In this document: piece by piece, positions 19,301 through 26,432 of the stretch
How positions within the stretch are numbered: position 1 is the first letter of the stretch
Layout of the letters: the number at the start of each line of letters is the position of its first letter
Origin: Actinomycetota bacterium
GTDB taxonomy: Bacteria; Actinomycetota; Coriobacteriia; Anaerosomatales; PHET01
DNA length: 64,000 nucleotides
Reading direction: 5' to 3'
Assembly (NCBI GenBank): GCA_037445775.1
Contig: JBBIJX010000001.1
Location: 4,889-68,888, forward strand
The notes under the pieces: generated by a model
The model's input: the letters and a program-made list of their open reading frames with translations, nothing else
The model's database searches: none
What the model was told of the DNA's origin: nothing
Made by a program: the position numbers and the translations under genes

Positions 19301-21498
19301 GCCGCCCCCGTCGGCATCTTCCACGACACCGCCTGAACCGACCCCGCCTGCAGGGGCCGCACGGCGGCGGTGGGCTCGATCGACACAGGTCGACCCACGT
19401 AGGTACCGGCGGCGTCAGCCACGTCGATGCGACCGCCGTACCCAACGCGATCAGCGAGCGAGGCGACTGCGTCGACGGTGTTCTCGATGCGCGCACGCAC
19501 GTCCTCGGTGGCGATCCCGGGCCGCTGCGCCATGAGCAGTGCGGCCGCGCCCGTGACATGCGGAGCGGCCATGGACGTGCCCGACAGGATGCCGTAACCG
19601 CCCATCGACGCCAGCGGCTTCGCAAAACGGTCTGCCGGTATCACGGAGTCGGAGCCGGTGGGCCAGCGCCGCGAATCATACCCGTCAGGCCAACGATACG
19701 CCGAGGCCAGCGCGCCCGAGAGCCCTTCGAATATCGTGCCCGCGACGCCTTCGAACTCGTAGCCCCAAGTCTCGTAGGCAACCGTTCGTGCGTGAAAGTA
19801 CTTCTCGAACCACTCCGGGTCGCTCCAGTAGCCGAGGTCCGTGCCTATCTCACCGCTCGCCATGAGCAGGCGTCCGCCGCCGTCGAGATACGCCGCAATG
19901 GCGGTGCGCTCAGCGTCCGAGATGCAGAGCTCGCTGTACCAGCCGCCAGCGTCCGAGCCGGTGAACCACACGACCACGCGACCGCGCAGGTCTGCGGCTC
20001 GCGGAGTCCCCTGGCTCGACGTCGACCACACCGTCACGTCGCTGTAGCCCGCGCCGCTCAGCGCATCGCGGTAGAACCGCTGACGCACGCCGGGCGTCTC
20101 GCCCGTGCGCTGCGGTGCGCTGTCGTCGACGAGCAACACCGGGGCTTTCCGGTCGCTCATGAGCCGGGACATCGAGCGCGCAATGGTCTCGCGGCCCGTG
20201 GAGGCGGGCTCGATCGCTTCAGGTGCGAACGCGAGGTAAGCGATCTTGTACGGCAGCTTCTCCACGAGCAGCGCGGTCGTCTCGAAAGGCAGCGTCGACG
20301 TCACGTCGACGCCAGGGGCCGCGACGTCCACCTCGGTCACGCCGTAGTTCGAGAAGCGTGCGAGCCGGTCGGAGTCGTCGGTAGCCGCGACCGAGATCAC
20401 CGCCGTGCTGTCGTAGGAAGAAGGGTAGAACTTGAAGTCGGTGAGCGAGTCAAGGTCCATGCCCCAGTTGCCGGCCGCACAGACGACAAGCACGCCGTGT
20501 TCGGCGGCGTAGTCGAGCGCGTCACCAATCAGCTTCGACGGTCCTCCGCCCCATGAGCAGTTGATCACTCGTGCGCCGTTGTCCACCGCGTAGCGGAGGG
20601 CGAGTGCGCCCTCGTATTCGCCGCCCCCCCATGGGCCGAGGAACTTCACGGGCATGATCGTGACACGCTGACTGACCCCGGAGATGCCGATGCCGTTGCC
20701 GCCCACCGCGCCGATGCTGCCCGCGACGTGGGTACCATGCTGGTCGCCGTCGGCCGGGTCGTAGACGGTCGCGTTCCCCGCTGAGAAGTCGTAGCCGTTC
20801 ACATCATCGGCGTAGCCGTTGTTGTCATCGTCGAGCCCGTTGTCAGGTATCTCACCCGTGTTCACCCAGATGGCGTCGACGAGATCGGGATGGTGGATAT
20901 CGATGCCGGTATCGACGACGGCGACGACGATCTCTTTCGACCCGGTCCCATTCACCCAAGCGCGCGTCGCTCCGATGTCTGCTCCGGCCCTACCCCCGGT
21001 CTGCCCGGTGTTCTCTAGCGCCCACTGCTGGGCGAAGAGCGGGTCGTTGGGCCGCACCGCTGACGGACGGTAGACCTGCTCGACGCGTGCGCTCCTGGCG
21101 AGACGGCGCGCACGCAGAGCATCTGCGAGCCGCTGCGCGCTGACGCCCGGCCGCTTGGGTGCCACGAGCGCCGCGCCTACCGTCGGCTCTTCATGTATGA
21201 CGGAGAAGCCCAAGCTCGCCGCTGCGGCGGCTATCTGCGTATCCGGGATTCCGGGCGCCCACTCGACGACGACGCGCGTCCCCGCCTTAGCTTCAGGAAG
21301 CAGACGGGCGGACGAGACACCCTTGGCTTCGCGCGCGAGGGTCTCGTAGCGTGATGCGGACTCGCGGACGCGTCCTGTCGACGTAGCGCCCAGCATTTGC
21401 GCCGGCGCGACCGCCGGACAGACGAGCGCAACGCAGAGCAGCGATGACGCCGCACGGTGCGCCAGTGCGCGTGCGAACCGCAACCGGACTCGGAACAT
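16378..21498 (-). CDS. Giant secreted subtilisin-like (S8) serine protease with FN3/jelly-roll modules and three C-terminal CWB2 repeats
   Basis: The start is ATG 21498 (GGGGGA upstream), followed by the signal peptide MFRVRLRFARALAHRAASSLLCVALVCPAVAPAQ and an I9-like propeptide. The catalytic blocks are VVAVVDTGID, HGTHVAGS, AAGNWG and SGTSMAAPHVTG. Three cell-wall-binding-repeat-2-like units occupy about 16381-17349. Confidence 0.9.
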   Translation of the reverse strand: MFRVRLRFARALAHRAASSLLCVALVCPAVAPAQMLGATSTGRVRESASRYETLAREAKGVSSARLLPEAKAGTRVVVEWAPGIPDTQIAAAAASLGFSVIHEEPTVGAALVAPKRPGVSAQRLADALRARRLARSARVEQVYRPSAVRPNDPLFAQQWALENTGQTGGRAGADIGATRAWVNGTGSKEIVVAVVDTGIDIHHPDLVDAIWVNTGEIPDNGLDDDNNGYADDVNGYDFSAGNATVYDPADGDQHGTHVAGSIGAVGGNGIGISGVSQRVTIMPVKFLGPWGGGEYEGALALRYAVDNGARVINCSWGGGPSKLIGDALDYAAEHGVLVVCAAGNWGMDLDSLTDFKFYPSSYDSTAVISVAATDDSDRLARFSNYGVTEVDVAAPGVDVTSTLPFETTALLVEKLPYKIAYLAFAPEAIEPASTGRETIARSMSRLMSDRKAPVLLVDDSAPQRTGETPGVRQRFYRDALSGAGYSDVTVWSTSSQGTPRAADLRGRVVVWFTGSDAGGWYSELCISDAERTAIAAYLDGGGRLLMASGEIGTDLGYWSDPEWFEKYFHARTVAYETWGYEFEGVAGTIFEGLSGALASAYRWPDGYDSRRWPTGSDSVIPADRFAKPLASMGGYGILSGTSMAAPHVTGAAALLMAQRPGIATEDVRARIENTVDAVASLADRVGYGGRIDVADAAGTYVGRPVSIEPTAAVRPLQAGSVQAVSWKMPTGAASGATFELQQGLPFTAYEEGFEYGVPIRFTTPPGSHSWYVTQDLALVRSGGAALRSRSMNPAGSVKVVAEERDESGGFIFWEISGYETSTVEAKVDVPEGGGTLSFWWKMDAMDQWADFMVDGEYVDWLWPLPVPWRRVQVNLSSGEHTLRWTIGKAFGDFTYGNDCVAIDDIKLVANAFRTVGVAPAGSRSMGWSVPAAESGNVTLRLRSKTATQTSPWAYTRGLRVSRSLFAPAPPGRFVAQAGTNGDIRLSWTNPPDADFAGVRVVRRVGVAPSGAEDSEATVVYEGTATVAADAGLVHGDRVFYHAYAWDRDGNLSNPASADARIVDTVAPATPRGVDATVEDGFVGVSWMSTEPSGSASVRVARIAPGDAGIDGPGARPVYDGPGAHAFDYELSRVPTHTVAHYGVQAADRSGNRSSVVTVSVAVDTRGPRGSITVAGGADSVSAPEVDVSMRVTRAVEMRFNGGLGWGEWVRFLPTAQVKLRPVEGRHVVRGQFRDVAGVVREFRDDVYLNVVAPPTPRNLRAAPAPGGARLEWDASTTKDLMGYHVYRSASPDGPFKRVGRVPGTPAEPMPRLPMPAPEPGPGMPDKGTGSEGVPSAPATPTVRYLAQDLEAGMTYYFSVAAVDRGELVSARSAPVAVAGRSITRRIAGADHADTAVLVSRSRFTTAPVVVVARADRTADQVVAVALAGAYRSPLLLAKASGFTTGTVAELQRLGARTVIAVGADDALSTRLRAAVPTDTAVRALTGPDRAGTAALVAREIASAEATPSRTALLVSGSSPTDALGLLPMAYAQRIPVLFADRAGLPAATAAVIDDLDFDAVRVAGGESRIPEYTLESQLGWLQRDRLEGSNAVEIAVTVARLAQESRVATFGTVAIVNTRRPAEAVAGAIAAATRGGVIVVTSKSRLPQPSADLLRENLLSIERIEVYGPTAALDGAGKRSLRAALRWLPEPWGMMLGPGDVPKEVR

Positions 21499-21733
21499 GG
21501 TTCCCCCATTCCAGGAGCGAGCCGTCGGGCCGGAGTGCGAGCCGCTTCTGCCATCGCAGCCTGGCATGGCATGGCGCGCATACCTGCGAGCCACCCCCCT
21601 TCCCAGCCCGCATCACGACTGTGTCACGCCCACTCGGGTTTGGGAAGTGGCCCGGTCGAAGTTGTGGAGGGGAGAGTCCGTGAAGGTACCGTTGACGACG
21701 GTGCGCCGATGCCGCGGTCGCGTCGCCCTGAGG

Positions 21734-22369
21734 CTACTTCTTGGCCCGGCGCTTCGGCGCGCACGCGACGATGCGTGCGGCACGCCGCTTGAGCTGACCC
21801 TTGCCGGTTTCGGCGTCGAATGCCATGAGATCAGCGGCCTTCTTCCTGACGTCGTCAGAGGCCTCGCCGCTCACCATGCGGTACAACCCAGACAGCATCG
21901 CCGGGAATTCGTCGTCACCGTGGTAGCAGCGAACCGCCTCTGCGATGAGCGGCCATACCCGCTGAGAACGATGCGCCGTCGTCGCTCCGTAAGACGTGAG
22001 CAGCCGGAACGCGGCAAGCCTCACGACCCCCGAGTCCTCGTCGTGCAACGCCGTCTCTGCACCCGCCAGCGCCTTGTCGACAAGGCGAGCGTCGACCGGG
22101 ATGAGGTTCTCGAACGTCCCGAGCACCTCCCAGCGCGTCTGAGACTCCGGCCGGTGCAGTGCGTCGGCGAGATCGAGCGCGAACGGCTTGAGCTGCGTCG
22201 CGTCGTGCTCCGAGACCTCGTGCACGACGCTCGCGGCGAACTGCCGCAACCGCCGGTCGTCGCCGGAGAGCGCGTGCACCACCTGAGCCAGGAGCGCTGG
22301 CTCCGCGATCGCGCGCGCCGCGACTTCGTGCCGGTCCTCGTCGGCGGTGAAAAGCGGTGTGTCACTCAT
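21734..22369 (-). CDS. HEAT/armadillo-like helical repeat protein, function unknown
   Basis: 211 aa starting at ATG 22369 (AAAGAGGG upstream). It is all-helical and repeat-like, with a basic tail (KRRAARIVACAPKRRAKK), and lies directly downstream of leuD. Confidence 0.55.
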   Translation of the reverse strand: MSDTPLFTADEDRHEVAARAIAEPALLAQVVHALSGDDRRLRQFAASVVHEVSEHDATQLKPFALDLADALHRPESQTRWEVLGTFENLIPVDARLVDKALAGAETALHDEDSGVVRLAAFRLLTSYGATTAHRSQRVWPLIAEAVRCYHGDDEFPAMLSGLYRMVSGEASDDVRKKAADLMAFDAETGKGQLKRRAARIVACAPKRRAKK

Positions 22370-22394
22370 CGCGCCCTCTTTCACCTCGGCACCG

Positions 22395-22898
22395 CTAGAG
22401 ATTGAACCTGCCGCCATGCTTCTTGAAGTGCGCGACCAGACCGCCGTCGGCGAGCAGCCGCGCCATGACCGGCGGAAGCGGCCGGAACGGGATCTCCGTG
22501 CCCTGCGTCAGGTTCCTGACCAAGCCGGCCTCAAGATCTACCTCGAGCTCGTCGCCCTCAGCGATGAGACCGGTATCGCACTCGACCACCGGGAGGCCGG
22601 TGTTGATCGCGTTGCGGTAGAAGATGCGCGCGAACGACTTCGCGAGCACGGCCTTCGTGTTCGAGTGGATCAGGACGAGCGGCGCCTGCTCCCTGCTCGA
22701 GCCCATGCCGAAGTTCGTTCCTGCGACAAGGAAGCCGCCATCGGGCTTGACCTTCTCGTAGTAATTCGGGTCGAGCTCCTCCATGGCGTGGACCGCCATC
22801 GCCTCCATGTCGGCGGACTTGAACTTGTACTTGCCGGAGATGATGTAGTCCGTGTTGATGTCATCGCCATACTTGAAGGCCTTGGCCCTGAGTTCCAT
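22395..22898 (-). CDS. leuD: 3-isopropylmalate/(R)-citramalate dehydratase small subunit (archaeal-type LeuD/HacB family)
   Basis: 167 aa with DDINTDYIISGKY...GTNFGMGSSREQAP, the aconitase swivel domain. Confidence 0.9.
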   Translation of the reverse strand: MELRAKAFKYGDDINTDYIISGKYKFKSADMEAMAVHAMEELDPNYYEKVKPDGGFLVAGTNFGMGSSREQAPLVLIHSNTKAVLAKSFARIFYRNAINTGLPVVECDTGLIAEGDELEVDLEAGLVRNLTQGTEIPFRPLPPVMARLLADGGLVAHFKKHGGRFNL

Positions 22899-22956
22899 GT
22901 CTGCTCGTGCTCCCTCGGTCCCTGTCCGTGTGTGCCCAGCCCCGCCAGCGCTTGCG

Positions 22957-24219
22957 CTACCCCGTGATGTACTTCCGCGGATCGGTGATCTTAGCCTCGA
23001 TGACCGAGGCTGCCACGGTGGCCGGGCTCCCTAGGTAGATGAAGGCGTTACTGTTGCCCATGCGGCCCTTGAAGTTGCGGTTGGCCGTCGAGATGACGTT
23101 CTCCCCGTCCGACGGCACCCCGTTGTGCGTACCCACGCACGGACCGCAACCCGGCGTCACGAGGGCCGCTCCCGCCGCGACGAGCGTCTGGATGTACCCA
23201 GCTGCGATCGCGTCGAGCAGGATCTGCCGCGAAGCCGGTGCGACGATGAAACGCACGTCGGGATGCACGCTTCGGCCCTCGAGGATCTTCGCGGCGATCT
23301 CGAGGTCCTCGAGACGGCCGTTCGTACATGTACCGAGCACGCCCTCCGCGACCGGCGTGCCCTCGACATCCTCGATGGGGCTCACGTTGTCGACGGCGTG
23401 AGGCGTAGCGACCTGCGGGCCGATCGCAGACGCATCGAAGTTGAGTTCCCGCACGTATGTGGCGTCAGCATCCGGGTCCTGTGGATCGGGCCTCTTGGTT
23501 CCGCGACCCTCGAACCACGCAAGCGTCTTGTCGTCAGCCCTCATTAGGCCGGCCTTGGCGCCCACCTCGATCGCCATATTCGAGATGGTCATGCGCGCCT
23601 CCACGGACAGAGCATCAATCACGGGACCGTGGAACTCGATGGCTTCGTACGTGGCGCCGTCGACACCGATCTCACCGGCGAGGTACAGGACGAGGTCCTT
23701 GCTGAACACGCCGGGCTGCAGCACGCCATCGTAGGTGATCTTGAAGCTGTCCGGGACCTTGAACCACAGCTGGCCCGACGCCATCGCCGCAGCGCCATCC
23801 GTGGAGCCCACGCCCGTCGAGAACACGTTGAGCGCACCGTAGGTGCAGGTGTGCGAGTCGCAGCCCACCATTAGGTCGCCGGGCACGACGTGTCCCCTCT
23901 CCGGGATGAGCTGGTGGCACACGCCCTCGCCCACGTCGTAGATGGTCGCGCCGGTCCTCTTGCCGAACTCGCGCATCATCGTGTGCAGCGCGCTCACGCC
24001 TTCGAGCGGGCTCGGTGAGCTGTGGTCCATCACGAGCGCTACCTTGGCCGGATCGAACACGCGCTCCACGCCCATGTTCTCAAGCGCGCGGATCGCGAGC
24101 GGCGACGTGCCGTCCTGACCCATGACGAAGTCGACGTCGGCGACGACGATGTCACCGGCGCGCGCATCGGTACCGGAGCGGTTGCTGAAGATCTTTTCGG
24201 CGATGGTCTTTCCGGACAG
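22957..24219 (-). CDS. leuC: 3-isopropylmalate/(R)-citramalate dehydratase large subunit (archaeal-type LeuC/HacA family), probable CTG start
   Basis: The track ORF starts at MGQDGT (24123), but the frame is open upstream to the TAG at 24274-24276. That stretch encodes the conserved family N-terminus (L)SGKTIAEKIFSNRSGTDARAGDIVVADVDFV. GGGAGG at 24234-24229 lies 9 nt before CTG 24219-24217. Confidence 0.8.
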   Translation of the reverse strand: MSGKTIAEKIFSNRSGTDARAGDIVVADVDFVMGQDGTSPLAIRALENMGVERVFDPAKVALVMDHSSPSPLEGVSALHTMMREFGKRTGATIYDVGEGVCHQLIPERGHVVPGDLMVGCDSHTCTYGALNVFSTGVGSTDGAAAMASGQLWFKVPDSFKITYDGVLQPGVFSKDLVLYLAGEIGVDGATYEAIEFHGPVIDALSVEARMTISNMAIEVGAKAGLMRADDKTLAWFEGRGTKRPDPQDPDADATYVRELNFDASAIGPQVATPHAVDNVSPIEDVEGTPVAEGVLGTCTNGRLEDLEIAAKILEGRSVHPDVRFIVAPASRQILLDAIAAGYIQTLVAAGAALVTPGCGPCVGTHNGVPSDGENVISTANRNFKGRMGNSNAFIYLGSPATVAASVIEAKITDPRKYITG

Positions 24220-24273
24220 CGGAATCAGCCTCCCGGCGGTCGAGTGCGGTCGTGTGAAAAGTACGGTCGCTGA

Positions 24274-25461
24274 CTACGCGTCAATTTCGTGCTCGGTCAC
24301 GATGAACTCACGGAACAGCTCCACGAGCTCCTTGTCGAACAGCGTCCGCTTGAGCTCGATGGCCTTGCTGCGAACATGCGGCAGGAGCGCCGTTGCGTGC
24401 TCGCGCGACAGCGGGATGCCGTACTCGGCGAACTTCATCTCCAGCGTGCGGCTGCCCGAGTGCTTGCCCACGACGATCTGACGCTCGCCGCCCACCTCGT
24501 CAGGGCTGAAGACCTCGTAGGTCTTCGGGTTCTTGATGACGCCATCGGCGTGGATACCGCTCTCATGGGCGAACATATTGCTCCCCACCACCGGCTTCCA
24601 GGCGGGAATCTGACGGCCGGCGGCGGTCATGACGTAGTCGACGAGCTCGGTGAAGCGTCGCGTATCAGCCTCGAGGTCGAACCCCTCGAGGTACTTGAGC
24701 GCCATGACGATCTCTTCGAACGCCGCGTTTCCCGCGCGCTCACCCAGCCCGCCCACGGTCACGTTGACCCAAGTCGCCCCAGCGTGCACGCCGGCCAGCG
24801 CGTTCGCCACCGCCATGCCGAAGTCGTTATGCGTGTGCATCTCGATCTCGAGGCCTGTGTGCTCGATGAGCTCACGAATGACCTTGTACGTGCGGAAAGG
24901 CTCCATGATGCCGATGGTGTCGCAGAAGCGGAGACGGTCGGCGCCCTCGGCCTTGGCGGCCGCGGCGTACTCCAGCAGGAAATCGAAGGATGTGCGGCTC
25001 GCATCCTCCGCGTTGACCGACACGTAGACGCCGTGGCTCTTCGCGAACGCGACGCCCTCGCGGACCGAGTTGATGACCCACGCGCGGTCCTTCATGAGCT
25101 TCGTCTCGATGTGGATGTCGCTTGTGGCGATCGATATCGCGACCGCGTCGACGCCGCAGTCAATCGAGGCCTTTATGTCGGCGACGTTCGCCCGGTTCCA
25201 GCCGAGCACCGATGCTTTGAGTCCAAGGTGCGCGATCTCCTCGATGACATCTCGCTCGTCGCCGCCCATGACTGGGATGCCCGCCTCGATCTGATCGATG
25301 CCGATCTCGTCGAGCATGCGCGCGATTGCAACCTTCTCAGCGTTCGTGAACACGACGCCTGCGGTCTGCTCCCCGTCGCGCAGCGTCGTGTCGTCGAGCT
25401 TGACCCGCTGGACGCCAAGACGGCTCTCAACTGGCATCTCCCAGATCTGCGTCGTCTCCAC
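24274..25461 (-). CDS. NifV-type homocitrate/(R)-citramalate synthase family enzyme (short; no LeuA regulatory domain)
   Basis: [19 protein letters not shown]...HTHNDFGMAVANALAGVHAGATWVNVTVGGLGERAGNAAFEE. The protein is 395 aa from GTG 25461, with AGGGAGG 8 nt upstream. Confidence 0.85.
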   Translation of the reverse strand: METTQIWEMPVESRLGVQRVKLDDTTLRDGEQTAGVVFTNAEKVAIARMLDEIGIDQIEAGIPVMGGDERDVIEEIAHLGLKASVLGWNRANVADIKASIDCGVDAVAISIATSDIHIETKLMKDRAWVINSVREGVAFAKSHGVYVSVNAEDASRTSFDFLLEYAAAAKAEGADRLRFCDTIGIMEPFRTYKVIRELIEHTGLEIEMHTHNDFGMAVANALAGVHAGATWVNVTVGGLGERAGNAAFEEIVMALKYLEGFDLEADTRRFTELVDYVMTAAGRQIPAWKPVVGSNMFAHESGIHADGVIKNPKTYEVFSPDEVGGERQIVVGKHSGSRTLEMKFAEYGIPLSREHATALLPHVRSKAIELKRTLFDKELVELFREFIVTEHEIDA

Positions 25462-25592
25462 GTGGTGAACCTCCCTGTTCCCGTGCTGACGGAACCGGGC
25501 CCGAAAGGCCCGGTGAAGTTCGAACACTCCGGACCGCCCTCCAGCGCACGCTTGGGAAACGAGCAGGCGGATGCGGCCGAACGACCATTATA
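25462..25592 (-). promoter_or_regulatory. Candidate TATAAT -10 box and roughly 120 nt leader with an 8 bp GC hairpin upstream of the NifV-type synthase
   Basis: The minus-strand TATAAT is at 25592-25587. The hairpin ACCGGGCC-uuucg-GGCCCGGU is at 25494-25514. No clear -35 is present. Confidence 0.35.
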
Positions 25593-25691
25593 CCCCACAG
25601 TGAGTACCCGAGAAGGTCACGCCCGGCACAATCCAACCCAAGTCGTCAGCGGTCGTCAGCGGCGGAGTGTCAGAATCGCACGTGTCCGCCC

Positions 25692-26432
25692 TCACTCATC
25701 CGCCCACGGCGGCACGGACTCCGCGGCGCGGCGCAGAAGCGCGCGGTGCGCGTGCGCCTCGGGATCGAGCACAAGTAGCTGCGACCAAAAGCGTGGCGAG
25801 TGGTCGAGCACGCGGAGATGCGCGAGTTCATGCAGGATGAGCGAGTCGAACGCCTCGGGAGGCAGGAACAGTGCGTTGCGCGCGATGGAGACCACGCCCC
25901 GAGACGAACAGCTCCCCCACCGCGTCCTCGACCGTGTGACCCGAACCTTGGACGGCACCAATCCGCTCACCTCAGCCAACTCCTGGACGCGAGGAGGCAC
26001 GAATCGGCGCGCCTCGCGATCGACCCAACGGCGCAACGCGGCGAGCCGCGCGGAGGCGTCGACGTCACCGGAGATCACCAGTTCGCTCCCCCGCTTCCGG
26101 GCGACAGGCGTGCCGATACCCACGACCTGGCGCACAGCCAACCGCACGCCGCATGCTCGCAGTTCAACGACGTCTGGAAGCATCGCCTGGGGTCCGGAGA
26201 GATAAGCCGCGCGCCGCTCGGCTACACGAGCCAACGCGCGTTGCGCCCATGCCCTCTTCGCGGCCACGAGCGAACCGGGATCGCCGCGCCAGCCGCGCGG
26301 GATGACCACGACGAGCCCTTCCCGGGCCGACACCGTCAACCGCGCGTGCCTCGCCCGCGAACTCACTCGGACCACGAAGGGTGGTTGACCCGGGTCCCGT
26401 CCCGGAGCTGTAGACGACAGATCCGTGCTCAC
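25692..26432 (-). CDS. DUF45/YgjP-like zinc metallohydrolase (HExxH)
   Basis: LILHELAHLRVLDHSPRFW is the motif. The preferred start is GTG 26432, which overlaps the rlmKL stop as GTGA. The track start is 26453. Confidence 0.78.
   Translation of the reverse strand: MSTDLSSTAPGRDPGQPPFVVRVSSRARHARLTVSAREGLVVVIPRGWRGDPGSLVAAKRAWAQRALARVAERRAAYLSGPQAMLPDVVELRACGVRLAVRQVVGIGTPVARKRGSELVISGDVDASARLAALRRWVDREARRFVPPRVQELAEVSGLVPSKVRVTRSRTRWGSCSSRGVVSIARNALFLPPEAFDSLILHELAHLRVLDHSPRFWSQLLVLDPEAHAHRALLRRAAESVPPWADE

Noticed and set aside
19195-20556. 453 aa plus-strand ORF inside the protease gene
   Set aside because: It is antisense to the S8 catalytic domain and has arginine-rich shadow composition.
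24220-24276. TAG read-through producing a synthase-LeuC fusion, since both genes are in the same frame
   Set aside because: TAG is used as an ordinary stop elsewhere in the window, for example in serA. A strong SD sits just upstream of the CTG, so independent initiation is the simpler explanation.
24289-26205. 638 aa plus-strand ORF
   Set aside because: It is antisense to the NifV-type synthase and the DUF45 gene, both of which have clear family motifs.
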